DNA of 64,000 nt from Alphaproteobacteria bacterium. GTDB taxonomy: Bacteria; Pseudomonadota; Alphaproteobacteria; Rs-D84; SZUA-605. The number at the start of each line of letters is the position of its first letter. Position 1 is the stretch's first letter. Below are positions 9,693 through 18,157 of this stretch, piece after piece. The notes under the pieces are model-generated. The model saw only the letters and a program-made list of their open reading frames with translations. It was not told where the DNA came from and searched no databases. The translations under genes were made by a program, and so were the position numbers. Location: NCBI GenBank assembly GCA_031549385.1, contig JAVBPW010000006.1:27935-91934 (forward strand), given 5' to 3'.

Positions 9693-10444
9693 AGAACTAT
9701 TTTGAAAACAAAGTTGCTTTAATAACAGGTTCAACAAGCGGTATTGGCCTGGAAATTGCAAAGCATTTGTTGGCGGGTGGAGCAAAGGTTATTTTAAATT
9801 ACAATTCCAATACTAACCAAGCACAAAAAGCCATTAAAGAATTAGCAGAATATAATAAAAGCTTAATAGCAATAAAAGCGGATATTTCAAATGAATCCGA
9901 AATTATCGATATGTTTAAACAAATAAAATCACAATATGGGAAATTGGATTTTTTAGTAAATAACGCCGGAACAAATACAGATTCTTTAATAGAAAATTTT
10001 GATACAACCGACTTTCAGCAAGTTATAAATGTAAATTTAATTGGAAAGTTTTTATGCACAAAACATGCAATTCCGATGTTGAAAAATAATCAAAATGCTG
10101 CGATTGTAAATGTATCATCAAACTTAGGCGTTCGGCCATGCGCAGAATCTAGTGCATATAATGCCGCTGCTGCTGGAGTTATAAATTTGACACAATCCAC
10201 AGCATTGGAATTGGCTGGGATGGGTATTCGAGTTAATACGGTCAGTCCAGGATTTACACCAACACCCTTATCCTTATCCGGATGGACGACGGAAGAAATA
10301 GAGCAGAAAAAGAAAACAAACCCTATGAGACGAAATGCTACTGTAACAGACATTGCCAATACAGTCATATTCTTACTATCTGATAAGGCAGGATTCATAA
10401 ATGGGCAAAACATTTTAGTTAATGGTGGTTCAGTTATGAAATAA
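9689..10444 (+). CDS. SDR family oxidoreductase (FabG-like)
   Basis: TGSTSGIG, NNAG, RVNTVSPG; catalytic YxxxK reads YNAAA. Confidence 0.9.
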   Translation: MKNYFENKVALITGSTSGIGLEIAKHLLAGGAKVILNYNSNTNQAQKAIKELAEYNKSLIAIKADISNESEIIDMFKQIKSQYGKLDFLVNNAGTNTDSLIENFDTTDFQQVINVNLIGKFLCTKHAIPMLKNNQNAAIVNVSSNLGVRPCAESSAYNAAAAGVINLTQSTALELAGMGIRVNTVSPGFTPTPLSLSGWTTEEIEQKKKTNPMRRNATVTDIANTVIFLLSDKAGFINGQNILVNGGSVMK

Positions 10445-10498
10445 CCTATCTTTTACTTTCTACAAAAGAAAGTAAAGGTTCGCCCGAACAGAAAATTT

Positions 10499-10529
10499 AA
10501 AAGGCTTTCAGATTCCTCTGAAAGCCTTT
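10499..10529. terminator. Terminator between the SDR gene and tRNA-Met
   Basis: AAAGGCTTTCAGA-TTCC-TCTGAAAGCCTTT. Confidence 0.8.
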
Positions 10530-10536
10530 GTTTTGT

Positions 10537-10613
10537 TGGTAGCGGAGGAGGGATTTGAACCCCCGACATACGGATTATGATTCCGCCACTCTAACCAACT
10601 GAGTTACTCCGCC
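10537..10613 (-). tRNA. tRNA-Met(CAT), intact, probably elongator
   Basis: 77-nt cloverleaf: GGCGGAG/CTCCGCT acceptor stem, GCGGA-ATCATAA-TCCGT anticodon arm, TTCAAAT T-loop, encoded CCA. Confidence 0.95.
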
Positions 10614-10788
10614 AAAACTTTTACACACTCTAACACATTCTTTTTCGCCGTGTCCAGACCAATGTCTTTGATATGTCCGAACTGACTCCATAAATGCGTT
10701 TTTACTCTACCTATCCTCTTTCCGCCCATTCCCACTCAAACCGCCATATTGTGGCTTAAACGGGCTTAAACTGTCTTGCGGCGAAGGA

Positions 10789-10827
10789 ATTATGATTCCG
10801 TTGCTCTAACCCCTGAGCTATCCCGCC
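10789..10827 (-). pseudogene. 5' half of split tRNA-Met (att junction)
   Basis: GGCGGGATAGCTCAGGGGTTAGAGCAACGGAATCATAAT followed by non-tRNA sequence. Confidence 0.9.
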
Positions 10828-10961
10828 ATTGAATATAACTTGCATAAGTATATGTAATTTAATCCGAAAATCAAGTGTTTTTTCTTGACTTTTTTAAAGA
10901 TTTTTTGTATAATGCTTTTTATCGTTGGGTGGACTTGGTCTGCCTTTTTTTGTAGGAGTTC

Positions 10962-11495
10962 TTGAAAATGAAAAAGATATTTATTTTGATTATTGCTTTA
11001 ATTCTTGTCTTAATAACTGGGTTTGTTTACTTTAAATATATTAAAAAAAAGGAAGTTATTCAAATTAATGATGGTATTACTACCATTGACTTAAATAATG
11101 ACGGTACTGAAGATTTAATTGTTAAAACCTTTCATCAAACTGAATCTGCTTCATCTGATAAATTTGTTTATATGTTTTCTATTTTTGACAGTGAAACAAA
11201 AAAATATAAAAATATTCAACTTAATTCTGAGGATATTGTTGTAGAAATGCTTGGAAATGAAGAAGATTTAACTTTAGATTGTCATAAATCTGTTATTGGT
11301 TTGAGTAAAAATTATAAAAAAGAAATTATTTTAACTATAGTTTCACTTGAACTTAATGATTTATTTAATCCCTCACCTTCTAATGCCACTATATCAAAAT
11401 ATAAAATAGACAATAGTTCTGGTATTTATGAATGGAAGTTAATAAATAAAGAAAAAAAGAATGGTAAATATTGTAATCTGAAAGAATTGTTATAA
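10962..11495 (+). CDS. Membrane-anchored exported protein, CarG-like
   Basis: N-terminal TM helix; NDGITTIDLNNDGTEDL motif recalls the CarG family (recognised by eye). Confidence 0.55.
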   Translation: MKMKKIFILIIALILVLITGFVYFKYIKKKEVIQINDGITTIDLNNDGTEDLIVKTFHQTESASSDKFVYMFSIFDSETKKYKNIQLNSEDIVVEMLGNEEDLTLDCHKSVIGLSKNYKKEIILTIVSLELNDLFNPSPSNATISKYKIDNSSGIYEWKLINKEKKNGKYCNLKELL

Positions 11496-11574
11496 AAAAG
11501 ATTATGTAAAAATTATATAAAACTGGCTTATTTAAGCCAGTTTTTTTTATTATAAAAAAATAAAAGGAAAAATT

Positions 11575-12222
11575 ATGGAAGTTAAAAGTGATGTAAAAAA
11601 CAAAACTGTAATATATAATAATGGAAAAGAAAAAATTATAAAAAAAGGAGGAACTGTTGCTTGGAGAACTAATAATCCAGGAAACCTATCATATGGTTCT
11701 TTAGAAGGTGCTGTAAAAGATGGAGCAATTGGGGTTTACCGTTATAAAACATATAAATTTGGAATATTTCCTGATTTTGAAACTGGAGAAAAAGCTTTAA
11801 AAAATTTATGGAAGAATAAATGGAAAAATATAATGCCTGAAAGAACAGTTAAAGAAGCTATGTTTATATACTCTCCACCTGAAGATAATAATACCAGTAA
11901 ATATATTGATAATATCAATAAAAAAGTAGATGCAAATAAGAAAATTAAAGATTTAAATGATAATGATTTTGATAATCTATTTTCAGTTATAAAAAAACAA
12001 GAAGGTAATGGATTAGGAATAGAAAAAAGAGAAAAAGTTTCACATTTTGGATTGAAAATTGACAATGAATATAAGGAATTTAAAGATAAACCCATTGAAT
12101 ATGATGCTACTGGAAAAATTATACCACCCAGAATATCAATTAATGGATCAGTTAATGTAAAAAAACATATTAGAGATGGATATAATGTAAATTCTTATAC
12201 TAGGAGTCTTCCTAATAGATAG
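11575..12222 (+). CDS. Lysozyme-like / phage virion-type protein of the NNPGN family
   Basis: AWRTNNPGNL...FPDFETG.KAL...YSPPEDNNTSKYI; C-terminal VKKHIRDGYNVNSYTRS motif. Confidence 0.65.
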   Translation: MEVKSDVKNKTVIYNNGKEKIIKKGGTVAWRTNNPGNLSYGSLEGAVKDGAIGVYRYKTYKFGIFPDFETGEKALKNLWKNKWKNIMPERTVKEAMFIYSPPEDNNTSKYIDNINKKVDANKKIKDLNDNDFDNLFSVIKKQEGNGLGIEKREKVSHFGLKIDNEYKEFKDKPIEYDATGKIIPPRISINGSVNVKKHIRDGYNVNSYTRSLPNR

Positions 12223-12285
12223 ATTATTGTCTTCTATTAGATTTTGTGATATAATTATAAGGTAATTCTTTATAAGGAGGAAATT

Positions 12286-12561
12286 ATGGAAAATGCTTTG
12301 AAAATTAGAAATATTCTATTTAAATGTTTTATTATTAACTATATCGTAATTGTTTTAGTTTGGGGAGTTTCTTTTAGTAACTTTTTCCCTTATATGATGG
12401 AAAAATTCTTTTTGTTTGGCCCTGAAGAAACTGCAAGATATTTTGCTTTTATGCTGGGATTTTGGAAAATTATTAATGCTATTTTCTTCTTAGTACCTGC
12501 AATTGCTATTCATTGGGAATATGCTGGAAAAAAACAAAAGAAAACTGCAAAAAGAAAATAA
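12286..12561 (+). CDS. Small two-TM membrane protein
   Basis: Two hydrophobic segments; AGGAGG RBS. Confidence 0.75.
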   Translation: MENALKIRNILFKCFIINYIVIVLVWGVSFSNFFPYMMEKFFLFGPEETARYFAFMLGFWKIINAIFFLVPAIAIHWEYAGKKQKKTAKRK

Positions 12562-12576
12562 TTTAAAAGCTGGATC

Positions 12577-13947
12577 TTATCCAGTTTTTTTTATTCTTAA
12601 ACTTTGATAATTCTTTTGTGGTTTATTTTGTTTTCTTGAATCTTTTGAAAATAATTTCTTTTTATTTCTGAATTTATTCTTTCTTGAAAAGCTTTTTTTA
12701 TGACTTTCTGATTTATGCTCATCTTGCTTCTTTCCTGAAAACTCTTTTTTAAAAGATGTTTCTGTTTTTTTTGTGAAAGATTTTTTAGAACCTCTGTTTC
12801 TTGAGCGTCTTGACTTTTTTGGTGATTTTTCTTTTAATTCACTATCATCTTCTTGTTTAAATTCTTCTGGATTTATCAATTTTTGAATTTCTTTCCAGTT
12901 TTTTTTATCAAGAGTCGTAATTAAGTTTACAGCATTACCTTTTGCCCCTGCTCTTGCTGTTCTTCCAATTCTGTGAATATAGTCTTCTGGTTGACCTGGA
13001 AGGTCATGATTAATTACACATTCAATATTAGGAATATCTATTCCACGGGCTGCAACGTCAGTTCCAACAAGTACTTTGAACTTTCCTTCGCGGAATTCTT
13101 TTATTACTTTTTCTCTTTTAGTTTGACGTAAGTCACCATGAAGAGATTGAGCCTTTATTTCTATATCTTTTAATTTTTTTGCTATTTTATCTGCATTATG
13201 TTTGGTTTTTACAAAAGCTATTAACTGCCCATTATATTCTTTTATTACTTCAACAAAGGTTTCAAATTTATTTGCTATTTCACAATCAATATTTTTAGTT
13301 TCAATATTTGCAATTGGAGTTGTGGTTGAACCTATTGCTATACGTTCTGGATTGTTTAAATATTTCTTTGAAAGTTTTACTATTTCATCTGGAAGAGTTG
13401 CTGAAAACATTAATGTTTGTCTTTTTTCTGGCAAATGTTTTACTATTTCATCAATTTGAACAGAAAATCCCATATCAAGCATTCTGTCTATTTCATCAAG
13501 AACTACAAATTTTGTATTTTTCAGTAATGATTGATCTCTTAAAAAATCATTGATTCTGCCTGGGGTTCCTATCATTAATCTAGGGTGATTATTTTTTAAT
13601 TCTTGAGCTTGAAGACTCTTTGAATTTCCACCTATTAACAATACTGTTTTAATTGAACCTTTTGTATTTAATATTTGTCTTACAAAGTTTGAAACTTGAG
13701 TTGCTATTTCACGAGTTGGAGTAATAACTAATACTGTATCTGACTTATTATTTAATAAATGAGTTATTGCAGGAATTATAAAAGCACCTGTTTTGCCTGT
13801 TCCTGTTTGAGCTGAACCTAAAATATCCTTTCCTGATAGAGCTAATGGAATGCTCGCCTTTTGGATAGGAGTTGGTTCTTTAAAGCCTAGTTTATCTATT
13901 GCCCTTTGTAAATTTTCAGGCAAATTAAACATAGAAAATGTAGTCAT
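12577..13947 (-). CDS. DEAD/DEAH-box RNA helicase
   Basis: Q motif, AQTGTGKT, PTREIA, DEID, SAT, HRIGRTAR; basic C-terminal tail. Confidence 0.95.
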   Translation of the reverse strand: MTTFSMFNLPENLQRAIDKLGFKEPTPIQKASIPLALSGKDILGSAQTGTGKTGAFIIPAITHLLNNKSDTVLVITPTREIATQVSNFVRQILNTKGSIKTVLLIGGNSKSLQAQELKNNHPRLMIGTPGRINDFLRDQSLLKNTKFVVLDEIDRMLDMGFSVQIDEIVKHLPEKRQTLMFSATLPDEIVKLSKKYLNNPERIAIGSTTTPIANIETKNIDCEIANKFETFVEVIKEYNGQLIAFVKTKHNADKIAKKLKDIEIKAQSLHGDLRQTKREKVIKEFREGKFKVLVGTDVAARGIDIPNIECVINHDLPGQPEDYIHRIGRTARAGAKGNAVNLITTLDKKNWKEIQKLINPEEFKQEDDSELKEKSPKKSRRSRNRGSKKSFTKKTETSFKKEFSGKKQDEHKSESHKKSFSRKNKFRNKKKLFSKDSRKQNKPQKNYQSLRIKKTG

Positions 13948-14140
13948 AAATCATCCTTATGAGATTGTTTTTATAACTATCAATACAAAATGAGGGGTTA
14001 TAAAAAGATTATAATTGAATAGTATAGCTTTTAAAAAAGAGAATTACAAGTAAATTTTGCAAATAGGTTGACAAACTTAATTTTTACTAAAAATAAAAGG
14101 TTAAGTATTTACCTAACCTTTTTCGATTATCAATAACTTA

Positions 14141-14854
14141 CTAACGATAAGTTGTTGTAACAGTTACTTGATTGTATTTATTTTGCTTTCCTGAACCTTT
14201 GATATAAGTTTTTGATTTCTTTACATCTTTGATTTTTGGATAGGCTTTTTTTACCCAAGCTTCTGCTTTTTTATATTCATCTTTAATTGCTACATTTGAT
14301 GGAACAACATATTTTAACTCATGTTTGTCATATTCTTGGTCGCCTGTTGGCTTATATGACTTGTCATGAAGATCCATTTTAACTGTACCTATATAATATG
14401 CTTTTCCTGCTTCCATCTTTTCATCAACTACCCAATGTGCTGCATGAATGTCTGATGAATATAGATAGTCAGGTCCGAAAAATCCTGGACGTGATACTGT
14501 AAATGAAAAGAAATCTACTATAGCTTTATCGTATGGATTTATTTCTACTACAAAGAATTTATTTGTTTGAATTGGGCCAAATCCTTTGTCTGTTTTTTCA
14601 TCAAAATCATATTTATCTGGATGACGCATAGAATCGTCAAATGGACGAGTTGATATATTTGCTTCTAGAAACTTCTTATCTTTATCATCTGCAGCATAAC
14701 CTTTCTTTGTCATTGCTGGAGAAACTTCTATTTTTCCTATTAATATTACTTTCTTTTTATCTGGAGTTGAACCTTCTGATAATGGTTTAGTTAATCCACC
14801 ACCACAGCCTGTTAATACTGCTGATAATAAAACTGCGCTTAATAATTTTTTCAT
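14141..14854 (-). CDS. Lipoprotein
   Basis: LTGC lipobox. Confidence 0.8.
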   Translation of the reverse strand: MKKLLSAVLLSAVLTGCGGGLTKPLSEGSTPDKKKVILIGKIEVSPAMTKKGYAADDKDKKFLEANISTRPFDDSMRHPDKYDFDEKTDKGFGPIQTNKFFVVEINPYDKAIVDFFSFTVSRPGFFGPDYLYSSDIHAAHWVVDEKMEAGKAYYIGTVKMDLHDKSYKPTGDQEYDKHELKYVVPSNVAIKDEYKKAEAWVKKAYPKIKDVKKSKTYIKGSGKQNKYNQVTVTTTYR

Positions 14855-14866
14855 TTTAATCTCTCC

Positions 14867-15187
14867 TTAATTCTTTGGACAATTGTATGCATATGCTACG
14901 TAGCCATAATAATCATTTGAACCTATTACCATGCCGCCATATTTAAAATTCATTGCTTCTTCAATACGAACTGTGTTTCCACCCATTGATACAACTTTAT
15001 TTAGCAAGATATTCTTGGCTTCTTCTTTGTTAGCATGATAACCTGTTGTATCTAGTTTTCCAAGCTCTTTACAATTAGCTGGTTTATTTTCTACTACTTT
15101 TACTGCTTGGCCTTCTGGAGTTGGTTTTGGATTTACACCACATCCTGTTAGAGCCAAGGCTAAAAAAATTAAACTATATTTTTTCAT
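14867..15187 (-). CDS. Lipoprotein, DUF4156-like
   Basis: LTGC lipobox; CKELG...GGNTV...AYNC. Confidence 0.75.
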   Translation of the reverse strand: MKKYSLIFLALALTGCGVNPKPTPEGQAVKVVENKPANCKELGKLDTTGYHANKEEAKNILLNKVVSMGGNTVRIEEAMNFKYGGMVIGSNDYYGYVAYAYNCPKN

Positions 15188-15305
15188 ATCAGTCCTTTTT
15201 TAAGTGTTTAGCTTAATTTTAATAATACTTTTTTGTTTTGCAATTTTATTTTATAGATTTTACTTTTAAAATATTTTATAATTTCTTTAATAAAAGGAGA
15301 ATTTC

Positions 15306-15860
15306 ATGATTTTTAAATTAGTTTTATTTGTTTTTGCTATTGCTATTTCTTTCTTGCCTGGAATTTTTGGTATGATATTTACTCCAGGGACTGGAAAAAA
15401 TTTAGAATTTGTTATGGAATTTGCTAATCTTCTTGGAATTCAAAGTCCTGGAACTGCAGTTGATATTTGGTATTATACTGCTATTAGACATCCTTCTTTT
15501 ACACCACCGGCTTGGGTATTTGGAGCTGCTTGGTCTACACTTTATTTCTTGATTGGGGTTGCTTTTTTCCTTGCTTTGATTACAAAAGATGAAACTGGAT
15601 ATTCTAAGAAAAGATCTGCCATCGTTTTCTTCTTTTTACATCTTATATTAAATGGAGCTTGGAGCTGGGTATTTTTTGGAAAACATTTAATGGTTATAGC
15701 TTTAGTTGTTTTAATGGCTCTTTTATTTGTTTCTATTTATATGTGGATGGGTTTCAAACGTCAAAATAAATGGGCTGGATATTTAGTTATACCTTATTTG
15801 TTATGGCTTTGTTTTGCAACTGCTTTAAATGCTGGATTTATTTATTTGAACCTTTTGTAA
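15306..15860 (+). CDS. tspO: TspO/MBR family protein
   Basis: PSFTPPAWVFG..WS.LY, LNGAWS.VFFG and PYLLWL.FATALN motifs. Confidence 0.92.
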   Translation: MIFKLVLFVFAIAISFLPGIFGMIFTPGTGKNLEFVMEFANLLGIQSPGTAVDIWYYTAIRHPSFTPPAWVFGAAWSTLYFLIGVAFFLALITKDETGYSKKRSAIVFFFLHLILNGAWSWVFFGKHLMVIALVVLMALLFVSIYMWMGFKRQNKWAGYLVIPYLLWLCFATALNAGFIYLNLL

Positions 15861-15921
15861 TATTTATTGCACATTTTATTTTTGTAATCTATACTTCCTT
15901 TAAATTTTAAGGTAGAGAGAT

Positions 15922-16734
15922 ATGAAAAATTTTAAAAAGATTATTGCTACACTTGCTTGCGCTCTGCTCATTTGGATTGCATTTTTTTATTTTGCTCATG
16001 GATATGTTATTCTTTCTTTTCCTACTTCTTACAATACACCAGAAAAAGTTAATCTTCCTCAATTTCAAGAAGTTAAAGTTAAAACTGATGATGGATTAGA
16101 TTTAATTGCTTGGTATGCTCCTGGAAAGCCTGGAAAACCTGCTGTTATTTTTTGCCATGGAAATCAAGCTAATGTTTCTACTTATGCTTTTGCTAATAAA
16201 AAATATATAGATGAAGGATATCCTATTTATTATGTTGAATATAGAGGCTTTGGAATTAATCCTGGAAAGTGGAGTGAAAAAGGTTTTCAAAAAGATGTTA
16301 TTGCTGGATGGAACTTTTTAAAAGAAAAAGGACATGATAAAATTATCCTTCATGGATTTTCTTTAGGATGCGCTATTGCTGTTGATGCTGCAACTGTTTT
16401 GAAACCTGATGCGTTAATTTTGGAAGCACCTTTTTTATCTATGAAACATATGTTTCAAATTAGACCTTATGTGCTTTTAGGAAGTACGCTTTTAAAATAT
16501 CCTATGAGATCTGATAAAAAAATTGATAAAGTAGAATCGCCTACATTAATTATTCATGGAACTGACGATATGTTAATTCCTTTTAATAATGGTGAAAAAC
16601 TTTTTGGTATTAGTTCAGCAAAAGATAAAACTTTTGTTCCTGTTGATGGAGCTGGACACATGTTGTTTAATTATAATTCTATTGATATTATTCTTAAATG
16701 GGTTAATGATAAATATAAAAAAGGAGAGATATAA
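15922..16734 (+). CDS. Alpha/beta hydrolase (ABHD13/17-like)
   Basis: HGN, EYRGFG, GFSLG nucleophile elbow, HGTDD, GAGH. Confidence 0.9.
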   Translation: MKNFKKIIATLACALLIWIAFFYFAHGYVILSFPTSYNTPEKVNLPQFQEVKVKTDDGLDLIAWYAPGKPGKPAVIFCHGNQANVSTYAFANKKYIDEGYPIYYVEYRGFGINPGKWSEKGFQKDVIAGWNFLKEKGHDKIILHGFSLGCAIAVDAATVLKPDALILEAPFLSMKHMFQIRPYVLLGSTLLKYPMRSDKKIDKVESPTLIIHGTDDMLIPFNNGEKLFGISSAKDKTFVPVDGAGHMLFNYNSIDIILKWVNDKYKKGEI

Positions 16735-17511
16735 ATGAATCTTAAAAATCTTAATGTAAATGTTATCTTTATTTCTGTTATTGTTATTCTTTGTTTTGCT
16801 AGTTACAAAATTTGGGACGCAGAAAAATATAAAGGTGCAAGACAAGTTGTTGTTAGAGGCGAATGCTTGAAAAGTGTTGCTAAAGACAGAACTGCAGTAA
16901 CTGTTGAAGTTAAAAATTTAGAAAAAAATGCTTCAATTGCTAATAAAAAATCTATGGAAACTTATGGTAAAATTACAAACTATATCGTTGAATTGAAGAA
17001 AAATTTTCCTGATACTGATTTAGAAACTTTAGCTGTTGAATCTTATGAAAGAAGAGAATGGAGTGAAAGTGCAAAGAAAAATGTTTTACTTGGAATTGAA
17101 TCTGTTATCAGACTGGAAATTACTACACCAGATAAAGAATTAGTTGAAAAAATATTAGCAGAAATTTCAAAATATAGCGACGTTTATACTAATAATTTAA
17201 GAATGTTTACTTCAAAAAAATTAATGAAACAAGAACAAGAAGATTGTATTGCTGAGGCGACTAAAAATGCTAAAGAAAAAGCAAAAGCTCTTGCAAAAGC
17301 TGGTGGAAGCAAAGTTGGAAAATTACTTAATGCTAGCTTTTCACAAACAGCTGGAGTTAGTTCTTCTGGTTATGTAAATACTATGATGGAATTTGCAGTT
17401 GCTGAAGATTATGAAGCTGCACCACGCGCAAAAAGTTTTGCAGCACCTGCTTTATTTACAAAAGATAGTGAAATTAGCGTTTCTGTTAATGCTACTTTTG
17501 AATTGAAATAA
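16735..17511 (+). CDS. SIMPL (DUF541) domain protein
   Basis: N-terminal anchor; A.KNAKEKAKALA...K.G; SVSVNATFELK end. Confidence 0.82.
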   Translation: MNLKNLNVNVIFISVIVILCFASYKIWDAEKYKGARQVVVRGECLKSVAKDRTAVTVEVKNLEKNASIANKKSMETYGKITNYIVELKKNFPDTDLETLAVESYERREWSESAKKNVLLGIESVIRLEITTPDKELVEKILAEISKYSDVYTNNLRMFTSKKLMKQEQEDCIAEATKNAKEKAKALAKAGGSKVGKLLNASFSQTAGVSSSGYVNTMMEFAVAEDYEAAPRAKSFAAPALFTKDSEISVSVNATFELK

Positions 17512-17551
17512 TTTAAAATTTAAAAAATAAAGAGCCTTTAAGGCTCTTTTT

Positions 17552-18058
17552 TTATTTATTCCATGGCATTTTTTCAAGTACCCACATCATTCCACACCAA
17601 TTCGTAATTCCTGAATATGTTAGACCTGAACCTATAAATAATGGAACTGCTAACCACCAAGAATTTACAAAGATTCCTAGTAATGTACCCAATAAAACTA
17701 ATAATCCTGCAAATAATCTTACTTGTCTTTCCATTGGAATTTTTATATGTGTTCGTAAAACTGGAAGTCCATCAATAGCTGCTTGAGTTACACCACCTTT
17801 TACTACAACTACATTTTTAAATCCTGAGTTGATAAACATTTGTGCTGCTATTGCTGCTTTTCGGCCTGTTGTGCAAATTGTGTACAAAGTTTTCTTTCCA
17901 TCTAATTCATATCTTTTTATAAAATCTTTTGGATTTAACATTTCAATTGGAACATTCCAATGTGGGCGGTTTAAAATTATTTGACCACGTCCTGGACATC
18001 CACGAACGTCTAATATTAAATCATCTTTCTTTAATTGTTTTGGTGAAATCGATTGCAT
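17552..18058 (-). CDS. Rhodanese plus DUF2892 membrane protein (YgaP-like)
   Basis: LDVR, ICTTGRKA, MERQVR..AG and GITNWCGM...L.KMPWN motifs. Confidence 0.9.
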   Translation of the reverse strand: MQSISPKQLKKDDLILDVRGCPGRGQIILNRPHWNVPIEMLNPKDFIKRYELDGKKTLYTICTTGRKAAIAAQMFINSGFKNVVVVKGGVTQAAIDGLPVLRTHIKIPMERQVRLFAGLLVLLGTLLGIFVNSWWLAVPLFIGSGLTYSGITNWCGMMWVLEKMPWNK

Positions 18059-18157
18059 ATTTTGCTCCTTATTTTAATAACTTCAATTCTACCTTAAATT
18101 GAATATTAAGTCAAATTAGGAAATAAAAAAGAGCCCTTTAAGGGCTCAAGTAAAAAA

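Larger units (their letters stand above)
8811..10796. mobile_element. Integrase-less islet inserted in the tRNA-Met anticodon loop
   Basis: 8-bp direct repeat ATTATGAT at 8811-8818 and 10789-10796 joins two complementary tRNA halves; GC-richer non-coding ends. Confidence 0.8.

Noticed and set aside
8811-10796. Group I intron in tRNA-Met
   Set aside because: The 8-bp duplication, internal complete tRNA, terminator and opposite-strand metabolic genes fit integration rather than splicing; no intron core was recognised.
14068-14080. TTGACAAACTTAA as another cassette head
   Set aside because: The motif abuts the -35-like box and no ORF follows on that strand; it illustrates the chance background of the motif in AT-rich DNA.
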